Below are positions 13,830 to 27,927 of a stretch of DNA of 64,000 nucleotides, in pieces (positions within the stretch are counted from its first letter, which is position 1; every line of letters begins with the position of its first letter). A program made the position numbers and the translations under genes. Source of the DNA: Octopus vulgaris (lineage: Eukaryota); assembly GCA_951406725.2 (NCBI GenBank), contig OX597818.1, positions 127,410,001 to 127,474,000 on the forward strand, in the 5' to 3' direction. Under the pieces are notes generated by a model. That model worked only from the letters and a program-made list of their open reading frames with translations, did not search any database and had not been told where the DNA came from.

Positions 13830-14180
13830 ATAAGGGAAATATACGGGCCACTGAAATTTTTAATATTCCTCGTCTGGTCAATAATCTTTTCTCATCTGGT
13901 ATCCAAATATGGACATGCATTTTGACCAAACTTCATATGTATGTCCTGTGAAAATGTGACCAGTTATAACTGTTTCTTGACGTGAATATTACTTGAATAC
14001 AGCCTAAGGTCATTAGCAAGAAAGCTATCGGTTGCGTCATTTTTTCACCCCTCTGCAGATCCTTGTCTTTGCTTGTCTTTAACAAGGCTAAAAGCGGGTT
14101 CACTACAGGGACGAAAAGCATTACAAACAAGATGTCACCATAGAATATTCCTATCAATAATCCAGTCCTGTTAGTGACTA
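13830..14180 (-). mobile_element. Decayed non-LTR reverse transcriptase fragment
   Basis: GIFYGDILFVMLFVPVVNPL resembles GIFQGDSLSPLLF..xNPL; FLANDLRLY-like remnant of the DD motif. Confidence 0.55.
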
Positions 14181-14303
14181 TATGTATGTATGTCATTATT
14201 CAGTTTTATTTCAAGGTTTCTTGCCAATAGAGAAAGAGCTGGTTTCTAACCTAGATCCAAGGCTCCTTCATTGGAATTTCAACAACATCAACAGAGAATT
14301 TTT

Positions 14304-14792
14304 GTATGTATGTATGTATGTATGTATGTATGTATGTATGTATGTATGCATGTATGTATGTATGTATGTATGTATGTATGTATGTATGTATGTATGTATG
14401 TATGTATGTATGCATGCATGTATGTATGTATGTATGTATGTATGTATGTATGTATGTATGCATGCATGTATGTATGTATGTATGTATGTATGCATGCATG
14501 TATGTATGTATGTATGTATGTATGTATGTATGTATGTATGTATGTATGCATGTATTATGTATGTATGTATGTATGTATGTATGCATGCATGCATGTATGT
14601 ATGTATGTATGTATGTATGCATGCATGTATGTATGTATGTATGTATGTATGCATGTATGTATGCATGCATGTATGTATGTATGTATGTATGTATGCATGT
14701 ATGTATGTATGTATGCATGTATGTTTGTATGCATGTATGTATGTATGAATGTATGTATGCATGTATGTATGTATGTATGCATGCATGTATGC

Positions 14793-14825
<33 letters not shown>

Positions 14826-14928
14826 TGTATGTATGTATGTATGTATGTATGTATGTATGTGTTTATGTATGTATGTATGCATGCATGTATGCATATATGT
14901 ATGTATGTATGTATGCATGCATGTATGC

Positions 14929-14961
<33 letters not shown>

Positions 14962-15002
14962 TGTATGTATGTATGTATGTATGTATGTATGCATGCATGT
15001 AT
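14304..15002. repeat. (TATG)n microsatellite with CATG variants
   Basis: Direct inspection. Confidence 0.95.
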
Positions 15003-15063
15003 GACTGCTATGTGTGACTGTGGCTTCGAACTGGTTGGTCAGCTTCCCTATTCTCCTGATTTG
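15001..15063 (+). mobile_element. Continuation of the same mariner (MTAMCDCGFELVGQLPYSPDL)
   Basis: YSPDL motif, colinear with the APAHKS break at ~13462. Confidence 0.7.
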
Positions 15064-15301
15064 TATGTTTTGTTTCATGTATGTATTCTCATGCGTATAG
15101 TTGCATATCTATACATACTCATATATACCTAAATGATAAACTTCTGGAAAGTTTTACAGAATTTTACAGTTTCGGTGATGGCTCGGATCTGTAGTCTTCG
15201 AATCAGCTTTCCCCTTCTGCTTTTGAGAAGCCTAATTTCTTAAGATTGGTATTTAGGAATATCTCAGTACCCCACTAATTACAGGTATATGTATGTATAT
15301 A

Positions 15302-16541
15302 CAGGGGTTTTGACAAAATAATGGAAACATCTAGCATCATAATTTTGAAATATCTATAAAACCGTCGAAAGTTTGTTTATGTTTATTTTTGGTTTATTAT
15401 TAGTGTTGCTTAATATGTTTTGCTAAGATTGCTGTTTCTTTTCAGATATCATCAGTAAAAAGTAATTAAAATTCATTAAAATGAGAGATCTATCGGACTT
15501 TCAAAGAGCTCAAATTGTTGGTGCTCGCATGGTTGGCGCTAGCGTGACGAAAACAGCCGAAATTTTTGGTGTATCACGAAGTACTGTCTCGAAAGTAATG
15601 ACAGCCTTTGAGAAAGAGGAAAAACCTCCTCGTCGAAAAAAAAACTCCGGAAGAAAACCAAAACTTTCAGACAGGGACCATCGGACTCTTACGCAAATTG
15701 TTAGAAAGGATCACAAAAGTACAGTTCCCAAAATTACTGCAGAGCTTAATGACCACCTCGAGAACCTAGTTTCCACAAAAACTGTTCACCGGGAGCTGCA
15801 CAAAGCCAGATTTCATGGGAGGGTTGCAATCAGAAAACCACTACTTTCAAGACAAACGTTGCAAAGCGTTTAGAGTGGAGTAAAAATCTACAGAAATGGT
15901 CCCTAGAGCAGTGGAAGAATGTTATATCTTCGGACGAGTCATCCTTTACCTTATTTCCGACCACTGGCCAAGTATACGTGTGGAGACAGCCTAAAGAAGC
16001 ATTTGACCCAGACTGCCTTCTTCCAACTGTTAAACATGGAGGATGATCTGGGGCTATATCTTGGAAATCCACCGGCCCAATGGTTTTCCTTCGTGGCAGA
16101 ATTAATAGTCAAGACTATTTAAGCATTTTATCTGATCAAATTCATCCTATGGTTGCGGAACTGTTTCCGGAGGGAAACGGAATCTTTCAGGGTGATAATG
16201 CAGCAATTCACACATCTAAAGTTGTTACTGAATGGCACGACGAACATTCTAGTGAATTCGAACATCTTATCTGGCCACCACAGTTCCCAGATATCAATAT
16301 TATTGAACATTTATGGTGCATTTTAGTAAGAAGTCACTATCCTCCACCATCATCACTACAAGAACTGGAGACTGTTTCAGCTGAAGAATGGACAAAATTC
16401 CTTTGGAAGTAATTCAAACTTTGTACGAGTCCATACCTCATAGAATTCAAGCTGTAATTACTGCCAAAGGCGATCCTACCCCATATTAAAATAAATTTGT
16501 TTGAAATTTCAAGGTGTTTCCATTATTTTGTCCAACCCCTG
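15302..16541 (+). mobile_element. Full-length (1240 bp) Tc1-like transposon, frameshifted transposase with DD36E spacing
   Basis: ~30-bp TIRs CAGGGGTT(T)TGACAAAATAATGGAAACA; left flank TA. ORF 15481-16489 with HTH, SGRKPKLS, SDES, QGDNAAIH, WPPQFPDINIIEHLW and the terminus AVITAKGDPTPY*. Confidence 0.9.
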
Positions 16542-17610
16542 CATGTATGTATGTATGTATGTATGCATGTATGTACGTATGTATGTACGTATTTGTGTAT
16601 GTATGCATGTGAATGTGTGTGTGTATGTGTGTGAGCGTGTGTGTGTGTGTGTGTGTTAGAATTTTTTCAACAAAGAGGGAACTTGTTTCCAACAAAGAAA
16701 TCAAATTCCATTGCTGGAATTTGGAAGAAATACCAGTGCTACATACTGAACTTTAAAATAGTCTTGCTTACAGACTACCTCTAAAGTGCGTGTTAGCCAG
16801 CCTCTATGTTGGCTGGAATATCCAAGTTTTTTCAGATAATCATTTACATATTTACTAATATAAGGGCACGAATGATTATTGGTATAAATGTGAATTTATA
16901 ATCAGAGTAGAGGAGCTGAAGGTTTCAAAACAGTTTTCCTTAAATATTGATCTCTATGACTGTACTTGATTTTTCCTTCCTTTTACAAATAACTAAAGTA
17001 GGCTCGTTCTGTTTGCATTTGATCGAAGTTTACACTAATACTCTTTGCATTCTATAAATGTGTGTACTAAATAACACAGGTGTTGTCTGTATTTCACAGC
17101 AGTCGCCCCTGCTAATGACATTGTATATTATTTTAACAACAATGTCCTGTTGTAATGGAAAGTAATACTTGATATTTTCCAGCAACAGCTGATTACACGT
17201 ATAATATGCTTCACAGAAAAAGAACATATTTGACATCTTGAGACTTAAGGACTTCACTGTCTTCTTTTGTTCATTAGATATTTTATTACTATGTCCAGCT
17301 AATAGATTACGAAAGTGTAGCCTTCGATATGTAATATGATGTGAGGATTATGAATCCAAGGGAGGCTACCTAGGATCAAGAATCAAAGGGTTCTTCCTGA
17401 GCCATAAATAGGCTTATAGTGCCGGTTTCTCGGATTCTCTGGCATTCAAGATTAATCAGCCGAAATAGCGAGGATGATCCGGTTCTTGACTGAGGATAAA
17501 AGGCTTCGAATGACCCGTCCTTGTTTTTTTGTATTGTCTATCTCAATGTTTTGTAGTCCCTTTTTGTATCACCGAGTTGTCCGGATGTTTTGCGTTCTTG
17601 TCCCATTTTG

Positions 17611-17642
<32 letters not shown>

Positions 17643-20404
17643 CTGCGTACGTACACTTTGTTCTCTTATATATGTGTGTGTGTGCTTGTGTGTGTGTGTA
17701 TGTATGTATGTATGTATGTATGTATGTATGTATGTATGTATGTATGTGTGTATGTATGTCTATATATATATATATTTAACTCCAGTTGAGCGAACTGGAG
17801 CAACGTGAAATAGAGTGTTTTGCTCAAGAGCGCGACGCATCACCCAGTCCAAGAATCGAAACCAGAATCTTATAATCATGGGTACAACAACCTATCCACT
17901 AAGTCACGCGCCTAAGGGAGGTTATACTTCATGTTAATATTGTCGTCTTCTTGAAGTTTACAGCAGCTTACCCTTACATAACCTTTCTGAGGTATACAGA
18001 GTGTTTCTCTTCCAGGTCTTTGCTAAGATATGCTAATTCTGCCCTTTTGGGTCCACATAGAAGGCTATCAGTAAGTGAGTGCTTCTTGAGGTGTTCACTA
18101 TCGACCTATAGTATTTTATTCACCTCATTCCTGAGTACTTTGTTTATGCATTTATTTTTGCAGCTGTTGTTTAGTACATACTAAGTGAAACCAAACGGTA
18201 TTCAAAGGCTGTTTGCACTGATCTTAAACCTCTTCTTCTCACTTTTCTTCTGATATAGAGTCTGTCAATATCCCTGTTTCTTTTGAAGTTTACGGCTGAT
18301 GTCAAGATCTTGCACTTTTAATATCTTAATGTTTATGTATCGCTGGGTCGTGTAAAATAGAAACGCGAAATCTGAGCAACTCGTAATTTTTTTTTTTTAA
18401 TTTGTATATGAATTCATAAAGGGATGAAAGAAAGCTGCTATGGTAACTGCAGAAAAGACAACCTAAGTGGGATTAATATGAAAAATCTTCGATTTCAAAC
18501 TGCTTGGTATTCGCAGAAATCGAACTGATCCCACATTTTTCTGAGACACATCTATGCTTATAACCATTTGACGTCAGTAGTGGTGTAGGTCATAGAGACA
18601 ATATAATACACGACTGAAACCTAACGCGGGCGAGCTGGCAGAAACGTTAGCACGCCGGGCGAAGGGCGTAGCCGTATTTCGTCTGCCGTTACGTTCTGAG
18701 TTCAAATTCCGCCGAGGTCGACTTTGCCATTCATCCTTTCGGGGTCGATTAAATAAGTACCTATTTCTTTATTACCCACAAGGGGTTAAACACAGAGAGG
18801 ACAAACAAGGACAGACAAGCGGATTGAGTCGATTATATCGACCCCAGTGCGTAACTGGTACTTAATTTATCGACCCCGAAAGGATGAAAGGCAAAGTCGA
18901 CCTCGGCAGAATTTGAACGCAGACGAAATACGGCTACGCATTTCGCCCGGCGTGCTAACGTTTCTGCCAGCTCGCTGCCGATTAAATAAGTACCAATTAC
19001 GCACTGGGGTCGATATAATCGATTTAATCCGTGTGTCTGCCCTTGTTTGTCCTCTCAGTGTTTAGCCCCTTGTGGGTAGTAAAGAAATAGGTATTTGTTT
19101 ACTAACCTCTCAGTTCCTGACCGATGGGAGAATAATCACTCCATACGTTTCTCCAGGCTTCCTTAATGCTAAATCTGCACCGTATTTGGGCACCACGTTG
19201 CTGTTGTGTGGTTGCTGAGGGATCTTAATAACTTAGAAAGCGAAGCCAATTAAGGTTCGTTCTATCATGCTGAATCGGTAAAATAAAAGGGGTGAAGACT
19301 TTCCTAAAGTTCAATACCAAACAATTAATGGAAGCACTCCGTCGGTTACGACGACGAAGGTTCCGGTTGATCCGAATCAACGGAACAGCCTGCACGTGAA
19401 ATTAACGTGTAAGTGGCTGAGCACTCCACAGACACGTGTACCCTTAACGTAGTTCTCGGGGATATTCAGCGTGACACAGAGAGTGACAAGGCCGGCCCTT
19501 TGAAATACAGGTACAACAGAAACAGGAAGTAAGAGTGAGAGAAAGTTGTGGTGAAAAAGTACAGCAGGGATCACCACCATCCCCTGTCGGAGACTCGTGG
19601 AGCTTTAGGTGTTTTCGCTCAATAAACACTCAGAACACCCAGTCTGGGAATCGAAACCGCGATCCTATGACCACGAGTCCGCTGCCCTAACCACTGGGCC
19701 ATTGCGCCTCCACTCCAAACAATTATCGTTATATATATACACACACACACATGCATATTCAAACCCAGTATGCAGACGAAGATATCAGCCATATTTTCGG
19801 ACCCATACCGTCAAAGAATCGTATAGAATCCTAAAAAGAGAGACTGGAGAGGGAGAGAGACAGACAGACAGACAGACAGATATGGAGACAGAGAGAGTGG
19901 GGTCCCATTGTTGGATGTAGTTATTGTTTGAACCCGAAACAACTCAGTTCCTTCAGGCTTATTATCAAAGAAGTTCCAATTGTTGACCGCCCTCCTTTAT
20001 TTTCTATTTCTAAACAATTATTTTCTCCTCTCGATTTTGAGGGAGATTTGAATACAACTTCTAGCAGGTCACAAACCTTGTTTGCTAATAGTGATTGTTA
20101 AGCATTTGAGTGAAGAAGCATGTTAACGGGAAAATTCTAGAAACATACAAACATAAGTTGTCCAGATGACAACTTGATGTCAAAGAAATAATTGATTTTC
20201 TCATTAACGAAAAATTATGGGTTTTCTTTTTATCTTTTTCGTTTTATTTTTGTTTTGTTTTTTTAAATTGTGTTTATATTCTATCAATTTCAACTAAAAC
20301 ACTCCAAGTTTTCAGGAAATGTGGAAATAGGTTTTCTGTTCCTATTTGCTCGGTTGCAAAATTTTCTTGAACCCTCTTTCTTAAATCCTTACACACACAC
20401 ACGC

Positions 20405-20461
<57 letters not shown>

Positions 20462-20538
20462 AATAAGAAAATGGAGGAACAGATTCCTTTCAATCATATA
20501 TATATATATATGTATACATATATATATGTATGTATATG

Positions 20539-20596
<58 letters not shown>

Positions 20597-22139
20597 TACA
20601 TATATATATATGTATGTATATGTATGTATATATATATTACTACGGCACTACGTTGGTTACGACGACGAGGGTTCCAGTTGATCCAATCAACGGAACTGCT
20701 TGCTCGCGAAATTAACGTGCAAGTGTCTGAGCACTCCACAGACACGTATACCCTTAACGTAGTTCTCGGGGAGTTTCAGCGTTACACAGAGTGTGACAAG
20801 GCTGGTCCTTTGAAATACAGGTACAATAGAAACAGAAAGAAGGAGTGAGAAAATGTTGTGGTGAAAGATCACAGCAGGGTTCGTCCAGCTCCTGCAGGAT
20901 CTTTAAGTGTCTTCGCTCAATAAACACAACGCCCGGTCTGGGAATCGAAACTGCGACCCTATGACAGCGAGTTCGCTGCCCTAACTACTGGGCCATTGCG
21001 CCTCCTGTTATGTCCTGTTATTTGTATTGTATTTGTGTAACATTCTCCGTTTTTTTCCGTCCTTGTTTTCGTATACATTCGCTGCTTTCTTCCAAAGAAT
21101 CTAATGCTCTTAGCTTAGTTTTTCTTTGGGGCTGGCCAGATAGGAGCAATCACGAGTATAACCAGCCGAAATTGCAAACATGATCTGGAACTCGACTGAG
21201 GATAGAAAATTCTGAATGACCCGTCCTTGTTTTCTTTGTATCGTCTATCTAGATGTTTTGTTGCCCCTTTTTTGTATCACCTAGCTGTCCCATTTTGTAT
21301 TATATATATATATATATATATATATAGCGACGTACGTACACCTTGGTCTCTTATATATAAGTATATATTTATCTAAATCTTGTACGACTCTATTTCTATC
21401 AGCCCTTTCACGCTTATTCGTTCATTCCACTCTTCGTTCTTTCGTTCCCCTCTCTCATATTTCCCTCCCTTCTCTTCTTGCTCACTTTCCCTCCTCTTTT
21501 CACTTCATTGTCCCTGTCATTTTTTCTCGCCCCTCCTTAATTCTTCTGTCCCTCTACCTCTACTTCTCTCTCTCTTTTCTCCTCGCATATATATGTATGT
21601 ATGTGTATATATGTGTACATAAATGTGTGTATGTATATGTACATGTATGTGTAGATATATATACACAAACACATGCATATTCATATATGCATACATACAT
21701 ACATACATACATACATACATACATACATACATACATACATACATACATACATACATACATACATACTGGAATAGTATAGGTATACGCAGTCATAGAATCA
21801 GAAAGAAGCATTTCTATGGATAACTGCTTCAAAACCTGCAGTCCCTTTCTCCTGATTATAAATTCACATTTATGCCAAACGTTTTTTTGGTTCCCCTGGT
21901 TCAATTAGTAAATGTCTCCACGACAGTATGGAAAAGCTAGGATTTATAAGCAAGGAGACCGGCTAACACACTTTTTACAAATAAAATCTGTTAGTAGAAC
22001 AGTAAAAATATACAAGACTTTCCTAAAGTTCAATACCAAACAATTATCGTTATTGTTATCCATGTTCTAGTTATTGAGTTTTCGCTTTTCAGCTGGGAAA
22101 GAACTTTAATATATCATAAAAAGTGAAGTGAAGCGTTAC

Positions 22140-22191
22140 CAGTCTCAGAAAAATCGGTCGTCGGTGAAACTTCGAAGTCATTGTCTGCCAT
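22140..22191 (-). CDS. Candidate first coding exon of an unidentified minus-strand gene (MADNDFEVSPTTDFSET, phase 1)
   Basis: GAAATGG Kozak-like start at 22191 and G|GTAACG donor at 22139. Possible acceptor CTTTCCAG ending at 22209. No recognisable homology. Confidence 0.35.
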
Positions 22192-22289
22192 TTCCTTCTC
22201 TGTGTATGCTGGAAAGTGCGTGTGCGCGCAATCGGAGATAAAGAGCACCCTACTCGTTTCGTAGAGTGTGGAGAAAAATGAATGAAGAG

Positions 22290-22380
22290 AAGGGAGAGGA
22301 AGTGACGTCACGAAATGACCGGAAGAGGGACAACATGACGTCTTGTCAGGAAGCGAGAGGCTGAAAATGGCCACTTTCTA
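22290..22380. promoter_or_regulatory. Housekeeping-type promoter motif cluster
   Basis: GGAAGTGACGTCA (ETS+CRE), CCGGAAG, a second TGACGTC and YY1-like AAAATGGCC within ~80 bp of unique, CpG-richer DNA. Confidence 0.5.
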
Positions 22381-22608
22381 AGAGGGTCTGCTGTGAGATC
22401 AAATCGTGTTGCTGGGAGTAGTCCTTACTGGCGAGTGGCTGGGGAGCTTACACATGGTTACAGCTGTAAGGTGTGGTTGGTTTACCCGTGGTTCAATGCT
22501 TGGAAGGATTGTCGCCTACTGCAACTAGTGATAAGAGCAACTTTATTTCGTGCCTTACAATATAGAGTTTATATACGTTATTATCAGCTGTTAAGATACT
22601 TCCGAGAG

Positions 22609-22640
<32 letters not shown>

Positions 22641-22855
22641 GAGGAGAAGATTGCATTGTTTATACCATTTATTCTTTTGAATAGTATCAGTGGAATTTTC
22701 GAAACATGTGTCGAAAGTAAAAATATTTGATTACACCTGCGTTAACTCCGAGTTACAACACCTTTACTTGTGAGATTTTTGCTGCCCTGGTACTTATTTA
22801 TTTATTTTTTCCGTGTTAATTGTTAACAAGGTAAAAATACACTCATCTATTTATT

Positions 22856-22889
<34 letters not shown>

Positions 22890-22894
<5 letters not shown>

Positions 22895-23145
22895 TGTGTC
22901 TGGGGAGAGGCATTTTCTTTTATAATGTAACAGACTCACCGGTAAAATTTCCACTTATTTCTTATTTTATTTTACCTAAAATTTTCGTTGCGTCTTGCAA
23001 CCTTTTCAATAGTCTTGACTATTGAAAAGGTTGCAAGACGCAATGAAAATTTTAGGAAAATAAAATAAGAAATAAGTGGAAATTTTACTGGTGAGCGTGT
23101 TACATTAAAAGACACAAAAAGAAAATGACTCTCCCCAGACACAAC
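22890..23145. mobile_element. ~125-bp-arm fold-back with opposed U3-A8 hammerhead variants (- 22976-23012; + 23019-23055)
   Basis: Near-perfect hairpin with a 2-nt loop at 23015-23016. Each arm reads CUA-UUGAAAA-G-GUUGC aagac GCAAY-GAAA-AUUU-UAG. Confidence 0.55.
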
Positions 23146-23272
23146 AGAATATGCTTCAACACACGAACTCATATAAAGAATCTTGCAAACCAAATCCCAA
23201 AACGATATATACATATAGATATATATAAATATATATATAGCAATATATATATATATATTTTTTTTTTTTCTA

Positions 23273-23615
23273 GAAAAACGACGACGCCGTAGTGATCTCA
23301 TTCTTGCTCACGACATCATAAGCGGTAAGTGTAACCTCTCGAAAGAGCTGTTCTTCACTCCTGCTCCAGAGCGTCGGCTGCGGGGTCACTTCGAAAAGCT
23401 CTATCTGCAACGATTTCATCTCAATCGAAGGAGAGGGGCTTCCTCCGTCCGGGTTGCGGATCCGTGAAATAAGCTGCCGAACGAGATAGTGAAGATGCCG
23501 ACGACCGCTCGGTTCAAAGTCTCCCTTGACCAGAAATGGCCTGAACTCTTTGCATGAACACCCTCCCTGTACATAACTCCATGTCCCCATACATGGCCTT
23601 GACTTAACTTAACTT
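23273..23615 (+). mobile_element. CR1-type LINE 3' end
   Basis: EKRRRRSDLILAHDIISG...RLRGHFEKLYLQRFHLNRRRGASSVRVADP*NKLP...FKVSLD, then a (TTAAC)n tail. Confidence 0.8.
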
Positions 23616-23630
23616 ATCTGTATATATATA

Positions 23631-24204
23631 TGAATTAAGGTTACCATTGATTTCATGTTAAGAAGAGTAGGAAAATATCCTAGTATCTTGACAATTTTTC
23701 AAGCCGATCACATGGAGAAAGGTGTTCGCTTCTATTTTGGAAAACAGTCTCGTTTAGTTCGGGGAATTTCACAAAAATTCGCGTAAATAAAATAATGAAA
23801 TAATGAATCAAGGGACGTTACTCTAGAAGGCATTTTGGGGATTTGTCACAAACTCCACACAAAGAAGAAATAAGTCCCAATGACGTATAACCTCAAAATA
23901 CAAGCACAAAAACACAATGTCCAGAACAAGAACAAACAACTAATGTAAAAAAATTAAGAAATTTAGTGAAAAGATAAATCCAAGGGAGACAAACTCCCAA
24001 AATGCCTTCTAGAGTAACGTCCCTTGATTCATTATTTCATTGTTTCATTCACACGAACTTACGAGAAATCTCGTGAACGGAACGAGGGTGTTTTCAAAAA
24101 TGGAGGCGAACACATTTCTCCTTGTGATCGGCTTGAAAATTTGTTAAGATACTGGGATACTTTCCTACTCTTCTTAACATGAAACCAATGGTAGCCTTAA
24201 TTCA
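23631..24204. mobile_element. MITE/fold-back with ~210-bp imperfect inverted arms
   Basis: 23631-23839 is the reverse complement of ~23996-24204. Confidence 0.65.
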
Positions 24205-26778
24205 CAAAAAAAAAATGAATGTTAAGCACTCATTTCACCGTTCTACTACATTTACGTATATGTGTGTGTGTGTGTCTGTGTGTCTGTGTGTGTGCACCAT
24301 CTTATACATATATATAAAAGCAAGTTGTCTGTTTGTTTGTTCGTATCAAGTTGCCGTGTCCACCCGTTAGCGAATTTTCGTGAAACTTTGCAAACATGCT
24401 AAAGTAACATCCAGTTTGTTACTAGGCTCACTGAAATTTAATAAAAATCTAAAATTGGATGGCTAGGGCCCCTAGAAGGGATCCACATATATAAACAGTA
24501 TATTTTCCTTTAACAAACAAGGGAAATAGCCCATTCTTTTTCCTAGCCAAGGGAAATAACATATTCATTTTCCTATATATAATAAATGAAAAATGTATAA
24601 GTACTCTTTACTCTTTACTCTTTTATTAGTTTCAGTCATTTGACTGCGGCCATGCAGAAGCACCGCCTTTAATCGAGCAACTCGACCCCGGGACTTATTC
24701 TTTTGTAAGCCCAGTACTTATTCTATCGGTCTCTTTTGCCGAACCGCTAAGTAACGGGGACATAAACACACCAGTATCGGTTGTCAAGCAATGCTAGGGG
24801 GACAAACACAGACACACACACGCATATACATATATATACATACGACGGGCTTCTTTCAGTTTCCGTCTACCAAATCCACTCACAAGGCTTTGGTCAGCCC
24901 GGGGCTATAGTAGAAGACACTTGCCCAAGGTGCCACGCAGTGGGACTGAACCCGGAACAATGTGGTTGGTAAACAAGCTACTTACCACACAGCCACTCTT
25001 CGATTTATTAAACAAGCCGTAACAATACGCGTGGAATTGCAAACCAGCTAGCACTAGAATCGAAATTAAATCTTCAATAAATAGTATTTTCCTAAACAAT
25101 ACATTCACTTATTTCGGTTAGTAACTTATTCACAAAAATACCATTAATGACGGTGCTTTTCATGTCACTTCAGCCAATTGACATGCGCTGCATGAAGAAC
25201 TGTTCTGCGTTTAGACAAATGCACTGTCGCCGCAAATGTCACACCCTGTTTACATGTAGTAACACCTTCTTGATTTATATTGATGGATGTACTAATGTTT
25301 TGTAACGATGTACTCTATATACCAACCAACCCAAAATCAGACAGAGATCGCCATTTATCCATCAATAATATTGCAATCTGCATGTGCCTCATACAATTCA
25401 CATGCTGTTTACATGTAGGAATATTTTCTTAATTCATATTGATAGCTGTATTTCGTAAGTGTTGTGAATGTATTGATACGTTTTTTACACGATTTTTTAA
25501 AATTTTTAAGTCTATATGCAAATTTATTTATATATGTACTGTAAAACTAAATGTCAGTCTGTTTCTACATTCATTCTAAATCTATTTCAACACTAGCGCC
25601 CTTCACGGTAATATTCTCTGAGAACGCACAAAAGCCCTTTGCAGAGTTATTTACATTGAATCGTTATTATCTCATATCTGATTAGCCTGTTATTGCGTTA
25701 CATGTTTCACAATTTTAGTATACATACCTTATTGGTATTTCCTCCTAAGTTTTATATACTCTGGGAACGCATTAAAGCACTTTTAGGGGCTACATTATTT
25801 GAATTCTTACAATCGGGTAAGGAATTTCATGTTCTTACTTAACTGACTTCACAATTTGGATATTCATAACTTATCAGGATTTCCTAAAAACAAGATCCTA
25901 TGTATGACAGTTTGGTATACTCTGTAAATGCACGAAAACCTTTTTAAGGGCTATATAGTTTGTTTTGTTGTTATTGGATTAGCGAAACCAATATAAGAGA
26001 GGAACCAATGGATAAGCCCCGTTTTTCCGGGAATTACCAGATACGTCAGCTAGTATGTGCATATATATATACTTAGAAATGGATGCATCACGTTCAATTA
26101 AATAATAAATAATGTGTGTATGTATGTGTGTGTGTGAGTGTATACACATGCATATATGGGTACAGGACGTCCCCAACGGTGCAAATAACATGAAATATGT
26201 AAACAAACGTGGGAGAAAGCGAGTGAAAAACGTAAACAACGAGAAGAAAAATTGAAAACAGGTTAAGTAAACACAGAGAAAGGACTCTTCAACAGTTGTC
26301 GGCTGTCTATATACTCCTCATTTCGAGCATTCAAGAACAATATAAGTCTTCAAAGATAGTTGCTCCCATAAATTCTAAACTAAAATTTAGGATTTATGGA
26401 GGGTCAAAGTTGGGAACAAAAACATGACAGTGGAGATATACAAGGAAACCGAACAGAAACAAACATGTGAATGCTTGAAAAGAGAAAAGATAGAAGAGAG
26501 AGAAAAAATCACGTCTGCTCTTTTAAACGTCTGTGCAGGAAAAGAAAGATGGTCACGTGAGGTAAAGAAAGATGGACGATGGTCACGTGTGAGCAACGAG
26601 AGAGAGAAAAAAGAGAAAGAGGGGAGAGAGAGACAAATAGAAAACGGTGAAGGAGGGAGGAGGAGAAAAGGTAATTACAAAAGGATGGAGGAAGAAGGAT
26701 TGGGACGTCCTGTACCCATATATGCTTGTGTGTGTGTGTGTGTGTGTATATTATATTATATAATATTATATATTATAT

Positions 26779-26824
<46 letters not shown>

Positions 26825-27152
26825 CCTTTCTTCATCAAATTTTTATTCTCGTTTTTGCGCCCCTGTCTTTCCGACCGCTGACGTGCGATGATCACAAAAA
26901 TTAGAATCAGCAGCGATGTGTTGAGACTGTTTATTGGGTAAAGCGATGTGGTGGATCGGGTAAAATAAAGGGTGAGACTCATGGCGAAGCTGCAGGGTCA
27001 GTTTCTGTCTATGAAATCCACTCACAAGACTTTGGTTGGTCTGAGGCTATAGCAGAAGACACATGCCAAGTGAGCACACAGTGAAACTGAGCCCTATGTG
27101 TGTGTGTTTGTGTGTTTGTTTATATGTTTGTGTGTGTATATATGTATGTATG

Positions 27153-27215
<63 letters not shown>

Positions 27216-27306
27216 AAATAAATGTATGCATTTATATATGTGTACATATTACATATACATCTATATATGTACATCTACATCTATATATATGCATATGTGC
27301 AGATGT

Positions 27307-27365
<59 letters not shown>

Positions 27366-27927
27366 ATATATTATATGTAAAGCATAATGTTATACATGTT
27401 TGTATATTCTTGTAATTGTCATTTTAGTAAATAAATGAAAAAGTTGACATAATATAATGTCTAAAAGTTGTTCAAGTTGATCCCCTCTATTTTCTTATTG
27501 CTCTCTATATATTGTATATATGTATGTATACCTGTATATATGTGAGATAATAGTTTCACTTTAATAGCTTCAGTATTAATCGTGAAACTATTAAAGTGAA
27601 AGTATCCGACATTGCAATAGAGAGATGTTATTGTTTCACTTTTAACACGTAATACTGAAATAGTGGAAGATATAAGAGATTGCTCTGGGCTCGCATTAGA
27701 CAAGAAGTTGAAAATTTGTTTTAGCTCATGACACTACATGGATCCTAAGTAAGGCATGTGTAAAATCTGAATGAAATTGGTTGTGTAGCTCTCGAGTTTT
27801 AGGGATTCATACAGAAACACACACACACAGACACACCACAGATTCTCATCTTTATATATAAAAGAAGAAAATGAAAATTGGGACTGGGAAAGTAATAATT
27901 GTTTATTATTGACAGCAAATTAATCAT

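Noticed and set aside
24299-24460. Extra Helitron-like 5' ends (24299+, ~27866-) and a hAT-like start at 43273
   Set aside because: Only one terminus is recognisable, so the extent cannot be supported.
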